From: Candidatus Spongiisociaceae bacterium
GTDB taxonomy: Bacteria; Actinomycetota; Acidimicrobiia; Spongiisociales; Spongiisociaceae
Assembly: GCA_965219685.1 (NCBI GenBank)
Contig: CBDCOH010000002.1
Location: 544,001 to 608,000 of the forward strand
Length of the DNA: 64,000 nucleotides
Direction of reading: 5' to 3'
In this document: one piece after another, positions 32,197 through 41,307 of the stretch
Position numbering within the stretch: the stretch's first letter is position 1
How the letters are laid out: each line of letters begins with the position of its first letter
Position numbers and translations under genes: made by a program
The notes under the pieces: generated by a model
What the model was told of the DNA's origin: nothing
The model's database searches: none
Seen by the model: the letters and a program-made list of their open reading frames with translations, nothing else

Positions 32197-32385
32197 ATGC
32201 CGGTGCTCAGGATCGTGTGTCCCGACTGCCGGAACGAGTATCGCTCGCTCGTGGTGGCCGGCGCCAAGGTTCCGACCGTCTGGGTGTGCCCGGAGTGCTC
32301 GGGACGCGGAGCGAGGGTCGCCGAGGTGCTCCGCGAAGCAAACCATCCCTGGTCAGGCGAATCGATGGACGAATGCTGCGGATGA
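32197..32385 (+). CDS. Small zinc-ribbon protein (FmdB-like) ending in CCG
   Basis: CPDC..CPEC; GGGAGG RBS; last gene of the operon. Confidence 0.7.
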   Translation: MPVLRIVCPDCRNEYRSLVVAGAKVPTVWVCPECSGRGARVAEVLREANHPWSGESMDECCG

Positions 32386-32531
32386 GACGGTCCGGCCGTC
32401 GGGCGCGTAGCGCTGGCGTCTGTCGCTTACGGGTCGCGAGTAGTGGAGTTCCCGACACCGCGAGCGGCTCGGCGCAACTCTGGAGGATCCGGTTACCGGG
32501 CGGTCGCAGTTAACATCCTGCCCAGCCTCGA

Positions 32532-33953
32532 ATGACCACCGAAGACCCGCTCGGTCCGGACGCGCCCGCGTACCAGGAGTCGGAAGCCCGCCGCCGTTGG
32601 CTGCGGCTCATCATCGCGCTTGTCGTAATCAACTCCCTGGTGCTCGCGGGGATACTCGCATGGAGGCTTCTGAGGCCCGAACGCGTTGAGATCGTGCCCG
32701 CCGAGCCACGCCCGGTGACGACCACCACGGGCGCAGGGTCGGAGCCCGAGGACCAACCGGTGGCCGCTCCATCCGAGGACGCCGATCCCGCGGACGAGGC
32801 TTCCGTCGCCGACGATCCGGTTGCCGAACCCCCTCGCGTCGCGCTCGACGAGCCGGTGACCTTCCTCGTGATAGGAAGCGACACCCGCGAGAACCTCCCC
32901 GACGACCTGGGGATCACCGATGAGTTGGGCGGACACCGGGCAGACGTGATCATGATCGCCGCCTACGACGGTCTGCGAGTCCGCCTACTCAGCCTGCCCC
33001 GTGACCTCCAGGTGGGCATCCAGGGGAGGATAAGGAAGCTCAACGCCGCCTACTCCATAGACGGTCCCAACCCCCAACTCCTGTACGAGACCGTGGTGAA
33101 CGAGACCGGCATCGATATCGACTACTACATCGAACTGGACTTCTTCGGCTTCGCGGGCATCGTGGATGGCCTGGGAGGGGTCGAACTCCACTTCCCGTAC
33201 CCGGCCAGGGACCTCAAGTCCCACCTGGATGTCGAAGCCGGCCTGCAACTCGTCGATGGGAAGACAGCTCTTGCCTATGCCCGATCACGCCAGTACCAGG
33301 AGTTCCGGGACGGAAGATGGGTCAGCGTCGACGCCGATGATCTGGGCCGGATCGGTCGCCAGCAGAGCCTGATATTCGCCATGCTGGCCGCGGCCAAGCG
33401 GCTGTCCGCCTTCGACATGTTCAGCGTCTCCCGGGTGCTGCGAGCGGTCGGTCAGCATCTCCGGGTCGATGCCCGCCTGAGTGACCGCCAACTCGTGGAG
33501 TTCGTGATCGAGGCGAGGAAGCTCGACAGGGAGGATATCGAGATCGTCACCCTGCCCGTGTTCGAGCGGCGGGAGGACGACGTGTCGTATCTGATCGCGA
33601 ACGGGGACGCGGCGGAGGCTGTTTACGGGTCTTTCAGGGGGGATCTTGGGGACTCCCCGGATGGGGCGCCGCCCTCCGAGCCGGCCCGGCTCCTGATACT
33701 GAACGGCAACGGCGGAGGCGGCGAAGCGGACAGGTGGAGGGTCGAGCTCGAGGACGGCGGTTTCGTGGTTGTCGAGGTCGACGACGCCGGTTCCTTCGAA
33801 TTCGAGGATACGGTGGTGACCGTGAGAGCCGGGGACCTCGATACAGGTGTCCTGATCGTGGATGCGCTGGGCTTCGGGGAGGTGAGAGCGGGTACGTTGG
33901 ACGAGGGACTCGACGCGGTGGTCGTGATCGGCGCCGATGCACTGGGCCGGTGA
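32532..33953 (+). CDS. LCP family protein with LytR C-terminal domain
   Basis: TM helix, LVIGSDTR, RADVIM, SLPRD, KLNAAY, ALAYARSR, DLGRIGRQQ, ILNGNG. Confidence 0.93.
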   Translation: MTTEDPLGPDAPAYQESEARRRWLRLIIALVVINSLVLAGILAWRLLRPERVEIVPAEPRPVTTTTGAGSEPEDQPVAAPSEDADPADEASVADDPVAEPPRVALDEPVTFLVIGSDTRENLPDDLGITDELGGHRADVIMIAAYDGLRVRLLSLPRDLQVGIQGRIRKLNAAYSIDGPNPQLLYETVVNETGIDIDYYIELDFFGFAGIVDGLGGVELHFPYPARDLKSHLDVEAGLQLVDGKTALAYARSRQYQEFRDGRWVSVDADDLGRIGRQQSLIFAMLAAAKRLSAFDMFSVSRVLRAVGQHLRVDARLSDRQLVEFVIEARKLDREDIEIVTLPVFERREDDVSYLIANGDAAEAVYGSFRGDLGDSPDGAPPSEPARLLILNGNGGGGEADRWRVELEDGGFVVVEVDDAGSFEFEDTVVTVRAGDLDTGVLIVDALGFGEVRAGTLDEGLDAVVVIGADALGR

Positions 33954-33974
33954 CCGTCGCCGGCAGACTCGCTG

Positions 33975-35306
33975 ATGGGTAGCGTCCCCGGGTCCGTGGC
34001 CGTTCCTGAGAGTGGAGCGGCCGGGATGGGGTTAGCGGTCATCGGCGCCGGCTATATCGGTCTCGTCCAAGCGGCAGGACTGGTCAGTCTGGGGCATCGC
34101 GTTCGGGTCGGCGAGCGGGATCCGGCCAGGCTCCGAACTCTCCGGGCCGGGAAGTCGCCGATCTATGAGCCCGGCCTCGACTCGCTCATCTCCGAGGGCA
34201 TGGCGAGCGGGCGCCTGAGCTTCCATGCGTCCAACCGGGAAGCGGTCCGGGGCGCCGGCGTCGTGTTCATCGCCCTTCCCACCCCGTCCGCTCCCGACGG
34301 ATCGGTCGATACCAGTATCCTCCATGACGCGGTCGCGACCCTGGTCGGAACTCTGGAACGCGGCGCGGTGCTTGCTGTCAAGTCGACGGTTCCGGTAGGC
34401 ACCGCGCGCCGGCTGGCATCCCTTCCGGCGATCTCGGATCGGGGGGTCCGGGTAGTTTCCAATCCCGAGTTTCTCCGGGAGGGGAGCGCCGTGCACGACT
34501 TTCTCAACCCGGACCGGATTGTGATCGGAACCGCAGACCCGCGCGCGATCGAGATACTCGGCTCGCATGTCTACCGTGGGCTGGGCGGGGAACTGGTCGT
34601 CACCGATCCCGCCTCGGCCGAGATGATCAAGTACGCAGCCAACTCCTACCTTGCCACAAGGCTCAGCTTTGCAAACTCCATCGCCAACCTCTGCGAAGCG
34701 GTCGGCGCCGACGCCGCCGAGGTATTGGGGGGGATGGGCCGCGATCGCCGGATCGGACCGCACTACCTGCAGCCGGGTCCGGGGTACGGCGGTTCCTGCC
34801 TTCCGAAGGACACAAGGGCCCTGCTGTCGATCGCCGAGCGGAGCGGGTTCGACTTCGTCCTGCTCAGGGCGGTGATGGATGTCAACGATCTCCAGCGCAG
34901 TCGGATAATCGACAAGGTGGGGGAGGCGCTCGGGGGATCGGTCGACGGGGCGGTCGTCGGCCTGTGGGGCCTCGCGTTCAAGGCGGGTACCGACGACACC
35001 CGCGAGTCCCCGGCTAGGGACCTGGCGGAGCGGCTCCTGGAGGCCGGTGCCGTCGTGCAGGCCTACGACCCGAAGGTGAGCGCTCCGGTCTCCGGTGTGT
35101 TCCCCGCGGGCGACGCGGTCTCGGCGGCGTCCGGCGCCGATGTCCTGCTGGTTGCCACCGAGTGGAAGGAGTTCCGCGAGGTGGACCTTTCGGAAGTGCG
35201 GCGGGTCATGAGGGGTTCGGCGGTCGTCGATGCCCGGAACCTGCTGGATCCAGCGGAGGTCGAGGCCCGCGGACTCGCCTACGTGGGCGTCGGCAGCGTC
35301 AGGTGA
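33975..35306 (+). CDS. ugd: UDP-glucose/GDP-mannose dehydrogenase
   Basis: GAGYIG, KSTVPVGT, SNPEFLREG, GYGGSCLPKD, FKAGTDDTRES. Confidence 0.93.
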   Translation: MGSVPGSVAVPESGAAGMGLAVIGAGYIGLVQAAGLVSLGHRVRVGERDPARLRTLRAGKSPIYEPGLDSLISEGMASGRLSFHASNREAVRGAGVVFIALPTPSAPDGSVDTSILHDAVATLVGTLERGAVLAVKSTVPVGTARRLASLPAISDRGVRVVSNPEFLREGSAVHDFLNPDRIVIGTADPRAIEILGSHVYRGLGGELVVTDPASAEMIKYAANSYLATRLSFANSIANLCEAVGADAAEVLGGMGRDRRIGPHYLQPGPGYGGSCLPKDTRALLSIAERSGFDFVLLRAVMDVNDLQRSRIIDKVGEALGGSVDGAVVGLWGLAFKAGTDDTRESPARDLAERLLEAGAVVQAYDPKVSAPVSGVFPAGDAVSAASGADVLLVATEWKEFREVDLSEVRRVMRGSAVVDARNLLDPAEVEARGLAYVGVGSVR

Positions 35307-36268
35307 TGTCCTCGGTCGCGATGGCGACGATCGGAAGGGCGCTGGTAACAGGAGGAGCCGGGTTCGTCGGATCGCACCTGGTCGACCGGCTGGTCGACGA
35401 CGGTTGGGAAGTCCTGGTCCTCGACGATCTGTCGTCCGGGAAGGTGTCCCGGCTCGCCGGAGCCCGCCGCAGGGGCGCCGTTTCGATACACCAGATCGAC
35501 CTCCGGGCGGATGAACTGATGGGTACGGTGGGCCGTTTCTCCCCCGATCTGGTGTTCCATCTGGCGGCCCAGACCTCGGTCTCCGCCTCCGTGTCCGACC
35601 CCCGCCGGGACGCGGACATCAACATAGTCGGCGCCGTGAACCTGCTGGAGGCCTCGAGCAGGGCCGAGGTCAACCGGTTCGTCTTCACCTCCTCGGTCGC
35701 GGTGTACGGGCGGGAGGTGGACCTGCCCGCTCGGGAGACCTCGTCGCCGCGTCCCGAGTCTCCCTATGGCATCTCCAAGAAAGTGGTCGAGGACTACCTG
35801 AGGTTCTGGCGGCAGGAACGCGGTCTCGAATACACGGTGATCCGTCCCTCCAACATATACGGTCCGCGCCAGGACCCGTCCGGGGAGGCCGGCGTGGTAG
35901 CCGTGTTCAGTCGTTCCTGCGTGGACCGCAGAAGACCCACCATCTTCGGCTCGGGTACCGACACGCGCGACTACGTCTTCGTGGACGATGTGGTGGACGC
36001 TCTCCTGAGGGCGGCAGAACTGGGAGAAGGCGGGATCTACAACATAGGAACCGGGGTCGAGACCAGCACCGAGGAGGTCTTCGAGGCGGTAGCCCGCCAC
36101 GCCCGGTTCGGAGGCGGTGCGACACACGGTCCGCCCCGGCCCAGCGACGTCCCCCGCTCGGTCCTGGACTGGTCGCTCGCCCGCGACGAGTTGGGATGGC
36201 GCCCCTTCACCACCTTCGAGGAGGGTATCCGCTGGACCGTGGACTGGTTTGCGAGTGGTGAATGGTGA
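35306..36268 (+). CDS. NAD-dependent epimerase/dehydratase (UDP-glucose 4-epimerase-like)
   Basis: TGGAGFVGSH, HLAAQ, YGISK, NIYGPRQ, RDYVFVDD. Confidence 0.92.
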   Translation: MSSVAMATIGRALVTGGAGFVGSHLVDRLVDDGWEVLVLDDLSSGKVSRLAGARRRGAVSIHQIDLRADELMGTVGRFSPDLVFHLAAQTSVSASVSDPRRDADINIVGAVNLLEASSRAEVNRFVFTSSVAVYGREVDLPARETSSPRPESPYGISKKVVEDYLRFWRQERGLEYTVIRPSNIYGPRQDPSGEAGVVAVFSRSCVDRRRPTIFGSGTDTRDYVFVDDVVDALLRAAELGEGGIYNIGTGVETSTEEVFEAVARHARFGGGATHGPPRPSDVPRSVLDWSLARDELGWRPFTTFEEGIRWTVDWFASGEW

Positions 36269-36307
36269 GTGGTGAATGGTGAGTGGTGGCTGGTGAATGG
36301 TGGCTGG
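36251..36307. repeat. G-rich heptamer array (GTGAATG/GTGAGTG/GTGGCTG)x8
   Basis: Visible; supplies the last codons (SGEW) and stop of the epimerase. Confidence 0.92.
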
Positions 36308-36327
36308 GGGTCTGATATGGTTTTGGC

Positions 36328-36786
36328 ATGGCGGACGAGCCCGGTTCATCTGTATGCCGGATCAAGGCGGTGACCGTCGACGCGGCTGATCCGGCGTCTC
36401 TGGCGGAGTTCTGGGGGTTCGCTCTGGGATATGTACTGCAGCCCCCGCCGGAGGGCTTCGAGACGTGGGAGGCGTTCGCCGACGCGCTCGATCTGCCCCA
36501 GGAGGATCGCGAGCGTTACGCGGCCGTTGTCGACCCGGACGGTGTGGGTCCCCGCGTTCTGTTCCAGAAGGTGCCCGAGGGCAAGACCGTCAAGAACCGC
36601 TGGCATCTGGACATCGACATCGTCGACTACGCATTGCCTCGAGACCAGCACGACACCAACCGGGAAGCCGGGATAGCGGCCCTTGTGGAGCGGGGCGCCA
36701 CGGAGGTGGAACGTTTCGATGTCCCACAGGGCAAGTGGGCGGTCATGACGGATCCCGAAGGCAACGAGTTCTGCGTGTTCCTGTAG
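36328..36786 (+). CDS. VOC/glyoxalase-like family protein
   Basis: VDAADPASLAEFW, FQKVPEGKTVKNRWHLD, DPEGNEFCV. Confidence 0.9.
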   Translation: MADEPGSSVCRIKAVTVDAADPASLAEFWGFALGYVLQPPPEGFETWEAFADALDLPQEDRERYAAVVDPDGVGPRVLFQKVPEGKTVKNRWHLDIDIVDYALPRDQHDTNREAGIAALVERGATEVERFDVPQGKWAVMTDPEGNEFCVFL

Positions 36787-36789
36787 GTC

Positions 36790-36829
36790 CACGATTCACC
36801 ATTCACCATTCACCATTCACCATTCACTA
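36790..36829. repeat. C-rich heptamer array (ATTCACC)x5
   Basis: Visible; runs up to the cofE stop codon. Confidence 0.92.
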
Positions 36830-37528
36830 CCGAAACAGGTCGTCGTCCGGGTGCCTCACCAGGTCCGAAGCACTGCCGTCGTGGACCGGGAGTTCCAGCC
36901 CTCTCACCACCGCTGCGGGGATCCCCCTCGCCTTGCCCATGACCAGGTCCGCAGCAGCGGCGATCTCATCGGCGATGGCGACCTCGGTCACCTCTAGTGT
37001 GTTGCCGAACGTGTCCAGGGTGCCCCGGTGGTCGACTATGGCCGGGATTCCCGCCACGCCGATGGCGATGTCGGTCAAGCCGTGGCGCCACGCCCTGCCG
37101 AATGTATCCGTGATGACGACGCCGACGGTCACGCCGAGGGTGTTGAGGAGCCGGACGCGAATACGTCGAGCGGACCGGTCCGGATCGACCGGTAGGAGCA
37201 CCGCGCGGCCGGGAGCGACGTTGGAGCGATCCACCCCTGCGTTCGCGCACACGAATCCGTGCGCGGTCTCGGTGATCACGAGAGCGTCACGCCTCCGAAG
37301 GATCGCGGAGGCTTCCCGGAGTATCAACTCCCGATGGGCTTCGGGATCCGCGCCCACCTCCACGATCCGGCCCTCGACCTTGGAGACCAGCTTGTGGGTG
37401 ACGACCATCACGTCGTCCTCCTGCAGGGTCACCTGCGAGACTTCCAGCCCGCCGGTCAGGAGTTCCACCACGTCGTCGCCCGGTCGCGCCTCCCCGATCC
37501 CCTCCAGCGGGATAATCGAGACGGTCAT
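36827..37528 (-). CDS. cofE: Coenzyme F420-0:L-glutamate ligase
   Basis: HKLVSKVEGR, CANAGVDRSN, DTFGRAWR, ADEIAAAADLVMGK, DDLFR. Confidence 0.95.
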   Translation of the reverse strand: MTVSIIPLEGIGEARPGDDVVELLTGGLEVSQVTLQEDDVMVVTHKLVSKVEGRIVEVGADPEAHRELILREASAILRRRDALVITETAHGFVCANAGVDRSNVAPGRAVLLPVDPDRSARRIRVRLLNTLGVTVGVVITDTFGRAWRHGLTDIAIGVAGIPAIVDHRGTLDTFGNTLEVTEVAIADEIAAAADLVMGKARGIPAAVVRGLELPVHDGSASDLVRHPDDDLFR

Positions 37529-38448
37529 AGCAACTCCATGATGCGGGCGGCGAACGCAGTGGCGCGTTCCGGATCGGCCACAAGGGTGGATTCGACGTGG
37601 ACGGAGACACCTGATGCGGCCAACCCGTCACGATCTTCCCGGTCCCCGTTGTCGATGAACAAGTCGTCCAGTAGTCCCTCGTAAGCCGCGAGGACCCCGG
37701 CGTTGCCGGGAGGCAGGCCGAGAGAGGCCATGACCCGGTCGGCGGGACCCTTGAGAGCGCGGCCCCCGAACAGTGGGCTGACCGCCATCACCCGCGGCGC
37801 GCCCTCGAGAGCTGCGGCGACGTCACGGATCGCCAGGATCGGCCATATGGACAGGGGTGGGTTCGAGGGGGCGATGACCACCACGTCGGCGGTGCGGATA
37901 GCCTCGACCACGCCAGGGGCGGCTGTGGCCTCGGCCGCACCCGTGTACCGCACCTCGAGGACCTCGTCGCGGTGGCCGCGCATCACGAAGTACTCCTGGA
38001 ACGGCATCCAGAGATGGGGTCCGGTGCTGATCTCGGTGCGCAGGGGGTGGTTGGTGGCGGGCAAGATCTTCGATCGGATGCCCAAGGCGCCCGCCAGGGA
38101 CGCGGTGATCTCGTGAAGCCGATCTCCGGCGTCGAGCCGCATGGTCCTGCAGATGTTCAGGGCCGCGTCGGCGTCTCCCAGCCGGAATGTCGTGTCGACA
38201 CCCAAGCTGTCCAGGTGTTCCATCAGCACCATGGTGTCTCCGGCACGTCCCCAACCATGGGGTCCCTCCACCCCCGCCAGCGTGTACAGCACCGTGTCGA
38301 TGTCCGGCGATACCGAGAGCCCGTACATGGTGTCGTCATCGCCTACGTTGACTACCACCGTGGTCCTGACATCGGGGAGGTGCTCGAAGCCGCGGGCCAG
38401 CCGGGCGCCTCCGACACCGCCGGAGATTAGGGCAACGGCACGCGTCAA
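37525..38448 (-). CDS. cofD: 2-phospho-L-lactate transferase
   Basis: SGGVGGARL, NVGDD, SPDIDTVLYTLAG, FQEYFV, PSNP, KGPAD. Confidence 0.95.
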   Translation of the reverse strand: MTRAVALISGGVGGARLARGFEHLPDVRTTVVVNVGDDDTMYGLSVSPDIDTVLYTLAGVEGPHGWGRAGDTMVLMEHLDSLGVDTTFRLGDADAALNICRTMRLDAGDRLHEITASLAGALGIRSKILPATNHPLRTEISTGPHLWMPFQEYFVMRGHRDEVLEVRYTGAAEATAAPGVVEAIRTADVVVIAPSNPPLSIWPILAIRDVAAALEGAPRVMAVSPLFGGRALKGPADRVMASLGLPPGNAGVLAAYEGLLDDLFIDNGDREDRDGLAASGVSVHVESTLVADPERATAFAARIMELL

Positions 38449-38484
38449 CGATACCGTCCTGCTTGGTAGGTCATTGCCTTAGCC

Positions 38485-41307
38485 GTGCCGTCGATACAGA
38501 ATGGGGCTTCGATGACCTTTCCCTCCGAAACGTCCGATCGTCCCCGCGTGCTCGCGGTGGTGGTTGCCCGCAGGGGCGACGACATTGGCGCGGTTCTCGA
38601 GAGCATCGGAGGGCAAGTGTACGGAATCGAGGGCGTCGTTGTGGTGGGCGATCGTTCCCAGGTCTTCCCCGCGGACACCGCCATCCAACCCAAACGGGTC
38701 AGATCGATGAGCGAGGTACTGGCGATAGCCGGCGATCGGGTCGAGTACCTATGGCTCCTGGACTCCCGCACCACCGCCCGGCGCGATGCCCTGGCCGCAC
38801 TGGTCGCGACGGCCATCCAGGTGGATGCGTCGATTGTGGGTTCCAAGGTCCTCGACGTGGCCAATCCTCAACAGCTGGTTTCGGTCGGCGGCGCCACCGA
38901 CGTGTTCGGGTTTCCCTTCAGCGGGTTGGAGCGGGGAGAGCTCGACCAGGAGCAATTCGACGTGATCAGGGACGTGGCCTCGTTGGAGCCCGCGTCGATG
39001 CTGGTGAGGCGGGACCTGGCCGGAGGGCTCGGTGGGCTGGACCGGAAGCTCCCCTACGTAGCGACCGGCCTCGACCTGTGCCAGAGGGCGAGGGTGGTGG
39101 GCGGCCGGGTCGTGTTGGGTCCGACCTCAGAGGTGTTCACGCGGGCCTCCGGTGAGGACCGTGTCGACACCTGGCGCGAGCAGGCGGGCCGTATCCGGGT
39201 GATGATCAAGACGTACTCGGTCGTGACCCTTCTGTGGGCCCTCCCCGGGCTTCTCCTCGTCGGTCTGCTGAGCGCCCTCTACCGGACCGCCCGTGGTTCA
39301 TGGCGGGCTCTTCCCGACTGGATGGGTGCTTGGTTGTGGAACATCCGGCACCTGGCCTCCACGCTGGAGATCCGGCGGCGCGCCCCGGCTGTCTCCTTGG
39401 ATTCCGATGCGGAGTTGTTCCGTTTCCAGGTGACGGGGTCTGTGCAGATGCGGGCGATTGCGTCCGATCTGGGGGCGATGCTCGGCGCCGGTCCGGAGTT
39501 CGATGAGGAAGAGGACCGGCTCGACGAGTCGCCGACGTTCTGGCAGAAGCCGTCGGTACTGGCCGTCGCCGCAGGTGTTGCGTTCCTGATCGTGTTGACC
39601 CGGTCGATCCTGATGGAGGGGCTGCCGGTTACCGGCTTTGCACTGCCGATGCCGGAGTCGGCCTGGGACACGCTGCGCGCCTATGCCGGCGGATGGCACC
39701 TGGCAGGTCTCGGCAGTTCCGAGCCCATGCATCCCTCGGTGGCGGCGACAGCCGCCGCTCAATTGATCCTGGGTAACCGGGGCGCACTCGCAGCCAGCCT
39801 CCTGACGGTCGGTTCGGCTGCCTCTGCTGCGGTGGGACTGTTCGTGCTGGTGCGCCGCGCCGGCCTGGGTCTCGGAGCAGGAATGCTGGCCGGCGGTGTC
39901 TACCTGGCCGGGTTCCCCACGCTGGTGCTGGCGGGTGAGGGTTACTGGCCCGGTCTCCTGGCCCTGGGAGGCATCCCGTGGGCGTGTGCAGGGATCGTGG
40001 CGCCCGCCCCGTCCGGCGTGGTGGGATGGATTGGCCGCCTCGCCCGAGTCGGTCTCGCCACCGCCTGGTCCGCGGTTTTCGTCCCGTTTCTAGCGGTCGT
40101 GCCGCTCATCTTCGGAGCTGCCTGGGCGTTGGCGAGTCGCAAGGGCCGCAGCCTGCCCGTTGGCCTCGGGGGCTCGTTGATGGCGGTCCCGATCCTTCTA
40201 CCCTGGCCGGTGGCGCGGGAAGCCTCCTCGATCGTGGAGGGCGGTGTCCCGTTCCACCCCGATCCGGCTTGGTGGGTGTCCCTCCCGATCGTCGTTGCCG
40301 CTTTGGCGGCCGGTACCTCGGGTCGCGGCCGTCCGTTGAACCTTGCCATAACCGGTGTGCTGATCGGCTCCGCCGGGTTCTTCGCAGCCCGGGCGGCAAG
40401 TCTCGGGGCAGGGCTGGAGGTCACGGCGGCCGGTCTACTCCTCACCAGCCTGGGATTGGCCCTGGTGGTAGCGGGCGCCGTGGAGGGCGTCTCGACGCTT
40501 GGGTCGGCACGGTTTTTCCGACGCTCAGCCGCCTACGTGGGGGTCGGAGCAGCGGCCCTGATCGGGTTGGCGACGGTGGTGGCGCTTCCATCCGGGCGCA
40601 TGGGTCTGCCGGAAGACCGGTTCGGGACGCTGGGGTTCGCGGAGCGTCGCGCCGAGTCGCATGGCGCCGACCGCATCCTGCTGGCCGGGCCCGGTGAGAG
40701 TCTGCCCGGTGAGTTCCGGCGCCTGCCCGATGGAGCGGCCTACCGCGTGGTCGGTGGAAGTCTGGACTACCCGCAGGCCTGGCTTCCACAACCACTCGGG
40801 GGCGACCTCGAACTGGAGGGTGCGCTGTCCCGCCTGTTGGCAGGTGAAGAACTGCGCCCTGGCCGCGTTCTGGCCGAGTACGGGATCAGATGGGTAGTCG
40901 CCACGGGTCCGACCCCACTTACCGAGGCCATGGGGGCCCAACTCGACCTTCGCCCGCTCAGCGGACTCTTCATCGCCGAGTCCGGAGGCGTGTGGGAGAA
41001 CACTGCTGACGCCTACCGGGCCGTTACCGACCGGGGGGTTCCCTGGTCGTGGAGCCCCCCGGAGTACGAGGGACGGTCCTCGGATGGCTCGGTGCGGTTG
41101 AGCGAGAACGCCGATCCCGGCTGGGGTCCCGGGACTTGGGAACCCGCCGGATGGGCCAACCGGGTCTCTGCGGAGTCGGGGGTGGCCTTCTTCGAGGGTG
41201 TGGCGTCCCACCGCCTCATGGCCCAGGCGGCCGCAGCATGGGTGCTGATCCTGGGAGTTCTCGCCTTCGGCCTGCATCCTCTCCGCCGGCGGGAGTCGGC
41301 GGGATGA
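38485..41307 (+). CDS. GT2-domain multi-TM protein (actinobacterial cofD-adjacent family)
   Basis: N-terminal GT2-like region (YLWLLDS, GSKV, SMLVRRDL, DLCQRAR) followed by many TM helices. Confidence 0.8.
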   Translation: MPSIQNGASMTFPSETSDRPRVLAVVVARRGDDIGAVLESIGGQVYGIEGVVVVGDRSQVFPADTAIQPKRVRSMSEVLAIAGDRVEYLWLLDSRTTARRDALAALVATAIQVDASIVGSKVLDVANPQQLVSVGGATDVFGFPFSGLERGELDQEQFDVIRDVASLEPASMLVRRDLAGGLGGLDRKLPYVATGLDLCQRARVVGGRVVLGPTSEVFTRASGEDRVDTWREQAGRIRVMIKTYSVVTLLWALPGLLLVGLLSALYRTARGSWRALPDWMGAWLWNIRHLASTLEIRRRAPAVSLDSDAELFRFQVTGSVQMRAIASDLGAMLGAGPEFDEEEDRLDESPTFWQKPSVLAVAAGVAFLIVLTRSILMEGLPVTGFALPMPESAWDTLRAYAGGWHLAGLGSSEPMHPSVAATAAAQLILGNRGALAASLLTVGSAASAAVGLFVLVRRAGLGLGAGMLAGGVYLAGFPTLVLAGEGYWPGLLALGGIPWACAGIVAPAPSGVVGWIGRLARVGLATAWSAVFVPFLAVVPLIFGAAWALASRKGRSLPVGLGGSLMAVPILLPWPVAREASSIVEGGVPFHPDPAWWVSLPIVVAALAAGTSGRGRPLNLAITGVLIGSAGFFAARAASLGAGLEVTAAGLLLTSLGLALVVAGAVEGVSTLGSARFFRRSAAYVGVGAAALIGLATVVALPSGRMGLPEDRFGTLGFAERRAESHGADRILLAGPGESLPGEFRRLPDGAAYRVVGGSLDYPQAWLPQPLGGDLELEGALSRLLAGEELRPGRVLAEYGIRWVVATGPTPLTEAMGAQLDLRPLSGLFIAESGGVWENTADAYRAVTDRGVPWSWSPPEYEGRSSDGSVRLSENADPGWGPGTWEPAGWANRVSAESGVAFFEGVASHRLMAQAAAAWVLILGVLAFGLHPLRRRESAG

